DNA of 64,000 nt from Hydrolagus affinis. Lineage: Eukaryota. The notes under the pieces are model-generated. The model made no database searches. It was not told the DNA's origin and was given only the letters and a program-made list of their open reading frames with translations. The stretch spans positions 1-64,000 of the forward strand of contig JAAILG010000117.1 in NCBI GenBank assembly GCA_012026655.1, given 5' to 3'. Shown here piece by piece: positions 53,235 to 64,000 of the stretch. A program made the position numbers and the translations under genes. Every line of letters begins with the position of its first letter. Within the stretch, counting starts at the first letter, position 1.

Positions 53235-53485
53235 GGCTCATGCCAGCACCTTCACACCTCAGGCACTGGCAGCATCAACCTCCATGGTTGCACACTCAAT
53301 GCAGTCAGGAACCTAGGTGTCTTGTTCAATGCTCAACTGTCTTTCCTCCCCCACATCCAAGCCATGGTACACTCTGTCTTCCCTGCGCAACATTGCCCGA
53401 CTCCACGACTAGTTCACACCTCAGGCTGCTGAAACTCTCCTTCACCATGTCCACGCTCAATTACGCCAACGCTCTGCTTGTCGGC
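53235..53485 (+). mobile_element. L2-clade LINE ORF2 fragment
   Basis: AVRNLGVLFNAQLSFLPHIQ and LNYANALLVG resemble L2 RNLGVxxDxxLSFxxHI and LDYCNxLLxG motifs. Confidence 0.7.
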
Positions 53486-54609
53486 CAATATTAAGGCATC
53501 AATATGGACTATTAATGACTTAATATTGTGCAAAATGCATGTATGCATCAAAAACGCTTCATATTTTCTTTAAATGGTCGAGTTTGCAAACATTTAACAA
53601 TTACAGCACGTTATAGTATAATTTACAATACAATATACATTTACGATGGCACCGTTTGTGCTGGAAGGACGCCTGCAAGGATTATTATTATTATTGTTAT
53701 CCATTACGATCATTGTCCTCAATCATTTGTGATTGTTTCTTTTTATTCATTTCTTAATATTCCCCCCATGTCGCCTTTTATTACTTTCCCTTTTCTTTTC
53801 AATGACAGGGGTGGAGGAGGGCGGGCGAGTCCTCCCGACGTGAAAGGCGCTCTATAATTGTAATTTTGTTATTGTTATTGCTGTTCTTGCGCAAATATTT
53901 GTTGCCAACTTTCTTTTGAAGATCTTACTTTTGGCTCTTGTACTGCTGTACTGTATTTTACTTTCCTTGTTCATTACTGTCGCTCCTGCTAACCTTTCAG
54001 TCTGAAAATTAAAGGTTTTCTGTATCTGTTTCACACTCACTTCAATGCACTGTAGGTGTATCTTCCCTGATTCAAAATGCTCTTCTTAATTCAGTTCTGC
54101 TTGTTATATTCTCCTTATTTTTCCTCTTAGAAGGTTTTAACACATTGGCCCTCCTGCCTAGCCTTCTTTCACTTCCCCTTTATTGTTCAGCCTCAGTGCA
54201 AGACTTGTCTATCAGCCTCTCTGCTCTCCCATGCCATGTGTTCTATCTGCGTCTCCCAATACCTTCTCGTGGGTACCATTTGGCTTGATCTTTTGCTCCA
54301 GTAAAGCACATGAATACTTTCTGATTATATAGTGACTGAGTCTAATAAGGAAGCTACGTAACGTGATCTCTCACAGCGTCTGTGTCCACCAGGTCAATCT
54401 TTTAAAGCAAACGACTCCCAACTTTGCTCATGTGAATAATTGCACACTGAAAATGAAGGATAAAACATTTGAATCACTGGCAAGTGGAAACCGGAAGAAA
54501 AGATAACAGCATGAATATGCACGAGCATCACTGACGTCTAATGAGTTTGTTTCATTGCGCCTGTTGCGTTACTATATAAATCCAAATTGCTGTTGTTGTC
54601 ACTTGCATT

Positions 54610-54795
54610 AAAAAGTTCATAATTTGGTCACTCAATCCACGACTGTTTGTGGGGACACTGCTGTGCGCAATTGGCTGCCGCGTTTCGACCACAAAATATC
54701 CAGTCAATTCCCTTTACAGTACATTCCGTGAAGCTCTTCGAGACGCCTGGAAGTCGTGAACAACGTTAATACCAAACGCAAAGGATTATTATTAA
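54610..54795 (+). mobile_element. tRNA-derived SINE, 3' half, CpG-rich
   Basis: Family body and tail about 640 bp upstream of the kinase ATG. Confidence 0.8.
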
Positions 54796-54989
54796 TAGCA
54801 GGTATCACTTGCTGAGCTGATGTAAATTTAATGTGAAACTTTGGTTCTCTTTTTCTCACGACCAGCCAAAATCGTTGCCATCAAACTCTGGTGCAAGCTG
54901 GTTCTTAAGTCAGTTCCCCTCTTCTCTCTGGGAAATGTCACAGAGTTTGCTGATTTGCTGTAAGATTTATTCTGCCCCAAAGTGAGTGT

Positions 54990-55434
54990 GAGTGAGTAAC
55001 TGTGTGTGTGTGTGTCTCTCTCTCTCTCTCTCATTTCCTCTGACTGTGTTTTCCGGGTTCTGCTTCTTGCCTGTGGATGGGGCGCTTCCTGTGTTTGTGA
55101 GCAGCTGGGAGCTCAGCCAGTTTAACAAGAGCAGACAAGCAACAAGTCAAGTCACTCACTCACTTACTCACTCTCACTTCCCCCCTCCCTCCCTCTCTCT
55201 CTCTCTGCTCTGACAGCACCGCTATGATTCCAAACCCCTGACTGGTGTTCAAGGCAAAACACACACACATACACATACACACACAAAGATTTCCAGTGGC
55301 TTTGCTTTGAAACAACATCTCTTCTCACCCCCCACCCCACCACCTCCTTTATATTTTTATATCATAGGGGGTGTGAGAAAAAAAAGTGGACTCACACACA
55401 CACACACAGAGAGACAGACAGACACACGCTAAAA
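54990..55434 (+). promoter_or_regulatory. Probable proximal promoter / 5' UTR of the kinase gene
   Basis: Directly upstream of the ATG; (TG)/(TC)/(CA) tracts, CT-rich stretch, CTTCCTG ETS-like and CAGCTG E-box motifs at about 55085-55107. TSS not determinable. Confidence 0.45.
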
Positions 55435-55491
55435 ATGGCAAAGGACTTTCCTGCTAAAAGTCTGGACAAGATTGATCTCTCTTGTTTGCGG
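55435..55491 (+). CDS. NRK: GCK-IV STE20 kinase (MAP4K4/TNIK/MINK1/NRK family), first coding exon; NRK by synteny
   Basis: aaaATGG Kozak context; 57 nt MAKDFPAKSLDKIDLSCLR|gtgagt, compare MAP4K4 MANDSPAKSLVDIDLSSLR. Family call is strong; the symbol rests on tandem position after IL1RAPL2. Missed by the ORF track. Confidence 0.8.
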
Positions 55492-56265
55492 GTGAGTGGC
55501 TTGTTTTTTAAACCCAGACTGGTTTACACAGTACAGTGTATACTGTAGGACAGTTATTTTGGGGGTCGTCTGAAACTCGATGCTGACTTCGGTTTGAAGT
55601 CTCGAATTCGTCCAAAGTTTCTGCTCTGCTCTGTGTGTGTGTGTGTGTGCGTCTCTCTGTCTGTCTGTTTGTGTGTGTGAGTGTGTTTTCTTCTTACAGT
55701 GCAAACTTTAGCAGCTGCAGTCGCCGATCAGTTGTGAATGGATCAGATTTTTGAGCTAGCGGATGGTTAGAGAGAGTCAAGTTTTATCTACAGTAAAGTA
55801 CAGCACAGCGGTGCCTATCAATAGCCCACATTTGCAGAGAGCAGACCAGAAGTCTTCAAAAGGCTCACTGACTCTTGTCTAACACTCTGAAACTCCTTCT
55901 TCAAGCAAGATTCGTTCTTAAGACAGTCGAGGGTCTTATTCCTCAGCATTATTCTGAAGTGGTCGCCAGACAACTCATTAAACCACAAATTCAGCAAAAT
56001 AAAATTACAATTCCAGCGAAAACTATCATAAGGGAGAAGTAAGTCAATGTTTAAGACATGCAGATGTAATGAAGTCAACCGGTGCCAATGTTTGCAGCTA
56101 AAGTTTCACTTCAGCCACATGGCACTAGGAAGTGTATTAACATTGAATTTAAAGGGACTTGTTTGCTTTTGATGTACGTTGGGAGGGAGGGGTTTGTTTC
56201 CTATAAGGGTGATGGGTTGTTGGGTGAGGGGGGGGGGGGTGTCTTTGCTATAGAAATGAAAATGA

Positions 56266-56478
<213 letters not shown>

Positions 56479-56734
56479 TAAAATCAATATTTCTAAGTTG
56501 TCACCCATTTCTTTTAAAACTTGCGGTATTTCATAACTGTGTTCCTTAATAATGAACCCATATACATATATGTATGCGCGTTTGTATATGTCTGTGTGGG
56601 TGGGCGGGGGGGGGTATTTTCCAGTAACTAGAAATTCATCTCAGATATTGCGAAAATTCTATTCACATATGATATATTTCTGCAGCAAAGTTTGGTTGGA
56701 TTGATGGAAATTCCTCCAGGATTCCTTAAGCAGC

Positions 56735-57040
56735 ACAAATTTCACCCCAACAATGCTTTCATTGAACAGAAAAACAGAAATCACTGGGAACACTCAGCAG
56801 GTCAGGCAGCATCTATGGAGAAAGGAAAGTGAGTCAACGTTTCGGGTCCACAACCCTTTGTCAGAACCGGTGAAATGGACCCAAAATGTTGACTCACTTT
56901 CCTTTCTCCATAGATGCTGCCTGACCTGCTGAGCGTTCCCAATGATTTCTGTTTTTCTGTTCAATGAAAGCATTGTTGGAGTGAAATTTGTTCTGTTTTC
57001 GTTTCAGATTTCCAGCATCTGCAGTATTTTGCATTTTTGT
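56735..57040. mobile_element. Penelope-type palindromic element with 116-bp arms and a decayed hammerhead core
   Basis: Arms 56735-56850 and 56876-56991, 111/116 complementary; minus strand CTGACAA-A-GGGT-tgtgg-ACCC-GAAAC-GTT; followed by cagatttccagcatctgcag. Confidence 0.8.
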
Positions 57041-57774
57041 TGATGTTTCCATGAGTCGTGTATGATACATATATATAGTATAATGTTTATCTTTATATAT
57101 AATGTTAGACTTTTAATAACTGTAAAAGTTGAAATTGCACTAAAGGACTGTATAATTGGTCTATCATTTTTGGAACCTGAGGATTATAGATCTTCTCCTA
57201 TGCCTGTCGGTGATCTCTGTTATATAGTACATAGAACAAGTCTGGACATATTCAGGTCACTTCCTAGTAGGGAAAGGCCTATGGTACAGAACTGCGCCTA
57301 ATTGGTAATCTCACTTAGTGACACTTCAAACATTGTCTGATAAGGAAATTCTTAGAAGGTACAGTGAGGACGCTCTTCGGAGTTTGTTTCAATCAAAGAT
57401 TCAAGTGGGTCTTTCTGTTCTGTGTGATTCACAAAGCAAATTTGTCGATGCTCACTAACTGCTATCTTACCACCAGTGATAAGAATGGTGAATTTGTCCC
57501 AGTGTGCTTCAGAATGTCTGTAAGATAATTTTAATTGCATTATGAATGTGGAATTAAATGCTACATGTAAAATTGTGGTTAACTTCACTGTGGTTATTTA
57601 TTAGTGCACGGTGAGAAGTTCAAAAAAACAGAACAAACTACTGAGCAGTGTAGCAGGTGGCCCACTTCAACTAATTCTCTAAGTTGAGGAGCCAGAATAT
57701 AGGGTGCTTTACTCTGGACATGAGCTAGTAGTGCTCCGGTGTTAGCATCCATCATCTTGATGAGCACAGGGGTT

Positions 57775-57965
57775 AATAATAATAAGAATCCTTGCATTTG
57801 ATATAGCGCTTTTCACATCTTATCGACGTCCCAAAGCGCTTCACAGAATAAATTGTAAAGTGAATTCACTGTATTTGTGGGCGAATTGCGGCAGCCAATT
57901 GTGCACAGCAGTGTCCCACAAACAGTTGTGGATTGAAATGATCAATTTTATTATTATGTTTTTTT
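57775..57965 (-). mobile_element. tRNA-derived SINE, 3' half
   Basis: Very similar to the 3' half of 26897-27243. Confidence 0.88.
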
Positions 57966-57984
57966 TCAAAGAGTTGAGAGCTCT

Positions 57985-58137
57985 TGAGATGCTGGCCTGC
58001 ATGAAGGGTGCTATGTAAAAGAAAGTTGTTGTTGTTGTTGTTCACCCAATGACTGAACAATGACTGTCCAGCGCCTTGGGACATCCTGCTGACATGAAAG
58101 GCGCTATACTAGTGTAATTTTGCTGTTGTTGTTGTTC
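57985..58137 (+). mobile_element. Two tandem L2-like 3' tails ending in (TTG)n
   Basis: gcgccttgggacatcct..tgaaaggcgctat..(gtt)n; similar short tails at about 2730, 8590, 20530, 26260, 34560, 47360, 50750 and 53830. Confidence 0.55.
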
Positions 58138-58664
58138 ACCACAGAGTCCCAAAATATGCTGAGGTTACAGCAAGGATATTTCTTTCTAGTTTCATCCACA
58201 CAAATATAGACAAATGGTCAAACAGAAACTTTGAAAGTGTCATTTTTGCTTACATTATTTTCAATTCTAAAATAGGTCACGTATTAAAAAATCATAAATT
58301 CGCCGAATTGTGTTGCTTCTTAATCCATGGACTGTCTGGATAGTGGGCTTAATAAATATTTAATAATGGTGCAGTGCGGATGGTGTGAGGCTGCGTGTTC
58401 AATATTTTTATACCATATGATTGTATTAACAGATATTTGTGCTGCGATACAAAGCCACAGCAAGAGCTTGATAACTATTTGGTAATTTATTAAACCTGAG
58501 AGCTGAATGCTGTCATCAGGAGAGAAGCAGAGAGCATGAGTTCAATTGAAAGTGAGACCATACTTATTAATTTCAGTAAATCCCAAATTCTCCAGTTTAA
58601 ATTAATAGGCCTTCAGATTTCTTGTTCTTCACTCAAGCAATGTTTCATTTTATTTCTTTTTAAT

Positions 58665-58806
58665 TGGAATTATTTTCACCCTTAAAATATACAGTGAATT
58701 AACTTTGTATTCTTTCAAGCACTTTTGAGATGCCTTGAAGATGTGATAAGGCACTACATCAAATGCAAGGATTATTAATATTATCATTAGTACTATTACT
58801 ATTATT
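58665..58806 (+). mobile_element. tRNA-derived SINE, 3' fragment
   Basis: Family tail atcaaatgcaaggattatta. Confidence 0.7.
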
Positions 58807-60092
58807 GACCATTCTATTCATCCATAGCACAATTTAGGCTTTCAATCTATTGCAAATAAATGGCCAGGAAGGAGAAAAACAACTAGACTTTCTGCTGCTC
58901 AACACCGTATAGAAACAATGCTGGAAAGTGTGCATGTGTGGATGTGAGATAAGAACAGGATTAAGCTATGGTTTACCCCTGCGCCCCCAGACAAACAGTC
59001 TGTTGACACTTACTGCCAAGGCTCACACATGAGGAATGACAGTGGTGAAGTCCTGGAGGGGATGTGGTGGCTGTGGAGCTGTACCTCAACATGACTCACT
59101 TCTGGCAGGAGGAGAGGGGTAAGGGGAAAAAAAAATGACTAAAATCTTGTGAATTGTCTCACAAAAATTTAAATTTATTATATCAGCTCAATATCCCCAT
59201 TGCCAAAGGCAATCGCTACCTTAGAGAATTTCAGCAGATTTTTTGGTGCATGACCTAATGCTATTAAAATCATCTCGATTCTCCCTGAGGATCTGACTAT
59301 ATTCTTTAGGTCATGTTGAGCAGTCTTCATATTACGGATAGCAGGCAAATTGATGTTTAAATCCCTGTTTCTTTTTAACCAAAAAACCTCTTTAAATACA
59401 GTACCTGGATTATGCAAGCCTTGCGCAGAACTCTGGCACAAATTGATGGGGGCGGAAGAGGGCGGTGTTGATAATTTTAGCCACAGTTTCAACGTTTTAT
59501 ACAACGTAGCCAGTCTGATTCCAATCAAACATTCTACATGTTTAAAGCCATCAGACTTGACATTGGGTGATGTGATGATTGGCACACATACTGGTGTCCT
59601 CACAGATTCATTCTACTTCAAGGTTGCGCTGATCCCCTTTGAAAAAGGCCCGCTCTCCCTATTTCAGCCAGCTTGGCAACGTTTGCGGTGATCGTAAGGC
59701 AGGAAACGAGAGGTTAACTGTTGGTCACGGGAGTGGTTGCTGAAACAGAAGGGTGTGAAGCCTGATTGTAGCCAGATGTTTGAGAGGCAGATCGTGAGAT
59801 GGCTAGATGAGTTTTACAACTTCGAATTCGATTTTGTGGACAATGTTGTTGACCTTGCAGTACACTTAATGTGAATAGAGTTTATTAACCAAATCAGCGA
59901 ACCTAATGCTGGATACACAAGTTCGTGGATGTGTACCCAGTTATACTTCAGATTGCCAAAGTTGTGCCAGTGATTTGAATGAACAGAGTAGAGTTGTACT
60001 CAATATCGCATATCATTGAACGGATATTTTTCTAAAACTTGTGATGCGGTGGGATACATTGTGGGGAAGATTCCATGCCTCACTTGTAGTTA

Positions 60093-60453
60093 CAGTAAAA
60101 GCCTGTTTATCCGGCACCCTCCGTGAGGTCGACTAATTGACTGTGCCGGATAATCGGACGGCAAGTTGCCGAACACCCAACACAAAAAATTAACTTATTT
60201 TAAAACATACCATATTAATAATGCACTAAATAGTAACAGAATATTGTATGGGTACTTACCAATACCAGCACACTCGATAAAAAGATCGATAAAAAAGCAT
60301 TTTTTACCGATCGGTTAAAAAATACAAGTTCGTAAGTTTAATAAGTGCGCATGCGCAAAGTGAGCATACTCACAATTGCTGGAATGGGGAATTGCCTCGG
60401 GAGGGGGTCAAGCAATCCGGTGGATCGGGTCACAGATAAACGGGCTTTTACTG
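60093..60453. mobile_element. Tc1/mariner (Tigger/pogo-like) MITE with TA target duplication
   Basis: ta|CAGTAAAAGCCTGTTTATC ... GATAAACGGGCTTTTACTG|ta. Confidence 0.9.
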
Positions 60454-61134
60454 TATATTGAAGCAGAAGTTGTGCAGAATCTCAGCACAGCATCTTGTCG
60501 TCGCTTCTCCTCATGCCGGGAAATCACATTGGGTTGATGTAATATCTGCAGTGTAATGGGCCCTTTAAACATGATTAATTAGTCAATATTAACCCTTGCA
60601 TCTGATGTTGTGCCTTTAACATTCAAAACGTCTCCACTTCCCCGCCCCCCTCCCCCCAAGTCTCGCATGGAATGGCTGTGATTTTGTGGCACACATACAG
60701 CCAATTTTGCATGGAAAAAAGTCCCACAAGCATCCATATATCTGCAGGCTTGTTGGCCAGGATACCAGGAGAAACTCCCTTCTCAGTATTCAAACAGCAT
60801 ATTATATAACAAAACATTCTTCCTTTCAGTAATCAAGGAACTTAATCATTTTAAAACAAAAGCACTATTTATTTGAGGATAGCAGATGGCAGGATACTGT
60901 TAACTTGCCCACGGAGTCAAGGGCAGTTGCGGCCACGGTTTCAATGGTCTTTCCAAATTCACTGGCCACTTGCGGGCAAAACTATCGGTCCCATCAGTCA
61001 AGGCCAGTAGTGCCATCTTTTGCCATCTCTGCCCTCCAGAGATGCTGTTCCGTGGAGCTCTCTCCTTGGCTATTGTTCCATTCTCTAAGCGAGAGATCAT
61101 TGATGTGACAATGCCCTTTCATTTAAAAATATAT

Positions 61135-61435
61135 TCCTTGGAAACATTGGCCAAGTTCCACACTCCTCTATTTAACTCGCAGTTAGGAGGCACCTGGTTG
61201 TTAGTCGATTGATGGATCACTTTTCCAGGGATAATAATTCTTTCCCCAGAAAAATAAATAAATAAATTAGTCACTCAATCCACAGCTCTGTGTGGGACAC
61301 TCCATGCTTGCTACGTTTCGCCCACAAAATATACAATCAATTCATTTTACAGTATATTGTGTGAAGCTCTTTGAAACATCTTGAAGACGTGGTAAGGCAG
61401 TATATCAAATGCAAGGATTATGATTATTATTATTG
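61135..61435 (+). mobile_element. tRNA-derived SINE, long subtype, head missing
   Basis: Extra central block at 61164-61230, then body and tail. Confidence 0.75.
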
Positions 61436-64000
61436 CTCCATATAATGAGATGCCAGCATAGGTTTCGGAGCAAGTTAGTTTCTAGTTATTATTATTAGTT
61501 GTATTCACATCAGGGATTTGCTGATTGCATCTCTACCCATGTAACCATCAGCTTTAGGGTGTGTACTTCTGAGCAGACCTGACACTGGTTACAAGAAGAG
61601 ATATCTTTCGATTCTACGTTCTCAAATTAACCTTGGGTGGGGCCGACTGAGCAAGCCACAAAATGACAGAATAGAAGCTCACAATTGCAGCAATTGAAAC
61701 TGTTAGCATTGCTCAGCATTACTTGGCCCTTAGGTGAACCTTTCATTTGTTTAGCATTCATTGCACAAATGCTTACTCCGAGGTGTATACAACAAAGGGA
61801 TTAGTGGAGAGACGTTGGCAAATAATCTTGTATCAACGTTTTTAAGACCGACAGAAGACCAATTTCAGAGTTAAGATTGAATTCAACAATTTGCCAAATT
61901 CTGGATGCTCTGAAATGCTTCGTGAATAGTGAAAATCTATGCCAGGGTGGCATATCTCCCCATAGACATTTAACCCAAAGACTATTTGCTCAGCTCACTA
62001 GCTCGGTTATTCTGATCTATATGCAGAGTCCACTTAGAACGGTTCCGCTTCCCCCTTTTTTTCACAAAGCCTGTATCTCTTGTATATTATTGATTCTGGC
62101 ACCAGTCAGGCCTTTGTTATGTGTTTTAACGCAGAAAGCGTTTCCATTCACTTGACTCTGTGGCAGTCTTTTTCCCACAATTTAATGCTAATAGAGTATT
62201 CATTACATTGGTATTCAATTTATGCATAACATCTTTCAATTACTCTTAACTTGTGGGATTGTTTTTAAGATTGCCTCATTCCAATCTAATTCACCACAAC
62301 TCTACCAGCCCTTCATAGCACTAAAGTCTGAACCATGACGGTTTCCGTAATTTACTTTGTTTTACAATGAGGGCCAAATTAACTCCCTAAAGCAAATGTT
62401 AACGCTCAATGAACCAAGACTTAATGCCACTCCCTGTTGCCCAACTTTTAACCCCTCCCCTTTTCACCCTTTTTGTTTGCTTTGAGGAAAACTGGACATA
62501 GCAGTAATACTTGTTAGCCTGGCATAGTTGTCTCAAAGTCAGAAGGTTGTTGCTTCAAGCCCCATTATCAGAACTGTGAACTACCTTGGAGATGTCCTCT
62601 GTGAAATGCGGAAGTCGCTAAATTGAAAGCAAGAATGAACTATTACTAATTTTGTACGGTATTAGCATTGTTTGTGCTTTTATGCTGATTGGGAGCAAGT
62701 GCGCCCCAACAATCCATAAATAGCATTTGTTTCTACCTTTGCTGTTACATAATGTAACGACATAATTTGGTCAACTGGGGCATTTGGGCATTTCAAGAAT
62801 GAAACCATTTTCAATCAATCCCTTTTTTTTGTTCCACGGAATAATCTATGTACGTGATCCCATCTTTATCTATTGTGTTTCCGGTATCCAGCCATTGCTT
62901 TAATTGGAATTGAAAATGGGTTTCAAATTACTTGGAATATTTTCCAGTTCCCCAGTTAGATTTACCACAATGGCAACTTCGCACGGACTCCGTATATTTC
63001 AAAGATGTGGATCATGTTCGTCGGCAGCTTTTCATTGCCATTACTGGCAAACGCTTCCTGTACAGTTTAGTTTCTATAGAATAGTGTAGCATCATGTTCC
63101 ATTGCCTTTAGTACTTTGCAGCTACTTTGTTGTCATAGTGTCTTAAGACACTCCCGTCTGCCCATTTGGTCTCAGATTTCCAGAATACTCACAGTATTGT
63201 TTGTTCAACGTAGCCATTCAGCTGTTTCTTAAATGTATCCAGAGTTCCGGCCTCAACTATCCTTCCTGTAACCTTTTCCAGCTGTTAATTATCCTTTGTG
63301 CAAAGAAGTACTTCCTGGTATCTGTCTTATAAATTGCTCTTCACAGCCCTGAGCTTATGTTCTCCTGTTCTGCTGCCTTGGCACATCTGAAAGTTTTTTG
63401 AAAGTTTCTCAGTCCCACCATTTAACATCTGCTACACAACGCTATGTTAGCTGAGAGTGTGTTTGTGTGGTCTGTGCTTGTAAAATATATGATTTCAGAA
63501 AACAGTCAGAGTCGGCGGCGAATAAGCAGATGAGACCATCTATTCTAAGCGATTTTATCTCCAGCAAAACTGCCTCGGGTGCAGTGTTACTTTAAAAACT
63601 AAAGGGAAACAGAGATGATTTTCCACCCCTGTCAAACGCTCTAACACAGATTAGATCTGAGAATGTAAAAGCTCTGTATGGAAAATAATACCAACACTGA
63701 TGGCTGGATAAAAATGTATTGTGCACCTGTAACTAATTTCTTAAAAGTGTCTGCCTGCTTCTGTCCCACTGGGAAATGGTTCCTGTGGGCTCCTTGATTT
63801 ACACTTCATAGGGGGAGCTATTGAGACTGCCTTAACAAAACGCTTCACACCGAGGCGAAGCAATGCAGTCTTCCACTTCTGCATAATAGAAGGCAGGCTC
63901 CTGCATATTTGTTGCTCTCTGGATTCAATTTATTCCAAGGAAGGGGTCTTGAGTGCTACAAGGTGGGAAATGTGTTGAATCAATGATGCTCTTATGTTAA

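Overview
AT-rich vertebrate genomic DNA. The repeat content suggests a cartilaginous fish, possibly a holocephalan (inference). The window holds two partial multi-exon genes on the + strand. The first is the last five coding exons (14784-36193) of an X-linked IL-1 receptor accessory protein-like gene, best called IL1RAPL2 (Ig3, TM, TIR, C-tail ending TSDIW). About 19 kb downstream are the first two coding exons (55435-56379) of a GCK-IV STE20 kinase that looks like MAP4K4 in sequence but sits in the syntenic position of NRK. The rest is intron, UTR and intergenic DNA with about 20 copies of a tRNA-derived SINE, Deu-domain SINEs, CR1/L2/RTE LINE fragments, two Tc1/mariner-type MITEs, Penelope-type palindromic elements with decayed hammerhead ribozyme cores, and one 100-N gap. 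Almost all other ORFs in the track are spurious. The most unusual signal is four independent short-range inverted copies (39-116 bp) that look like template-switch or templated-insertion products; one is a 116-bp-arm hairpin built around a hammerhead core. Also notable are a possible secreted IL1RAPL2 isoform and two SINEs sharing a 3' flank. Comparisons to human proteins and repeat consensuses are from memory, not from searches.
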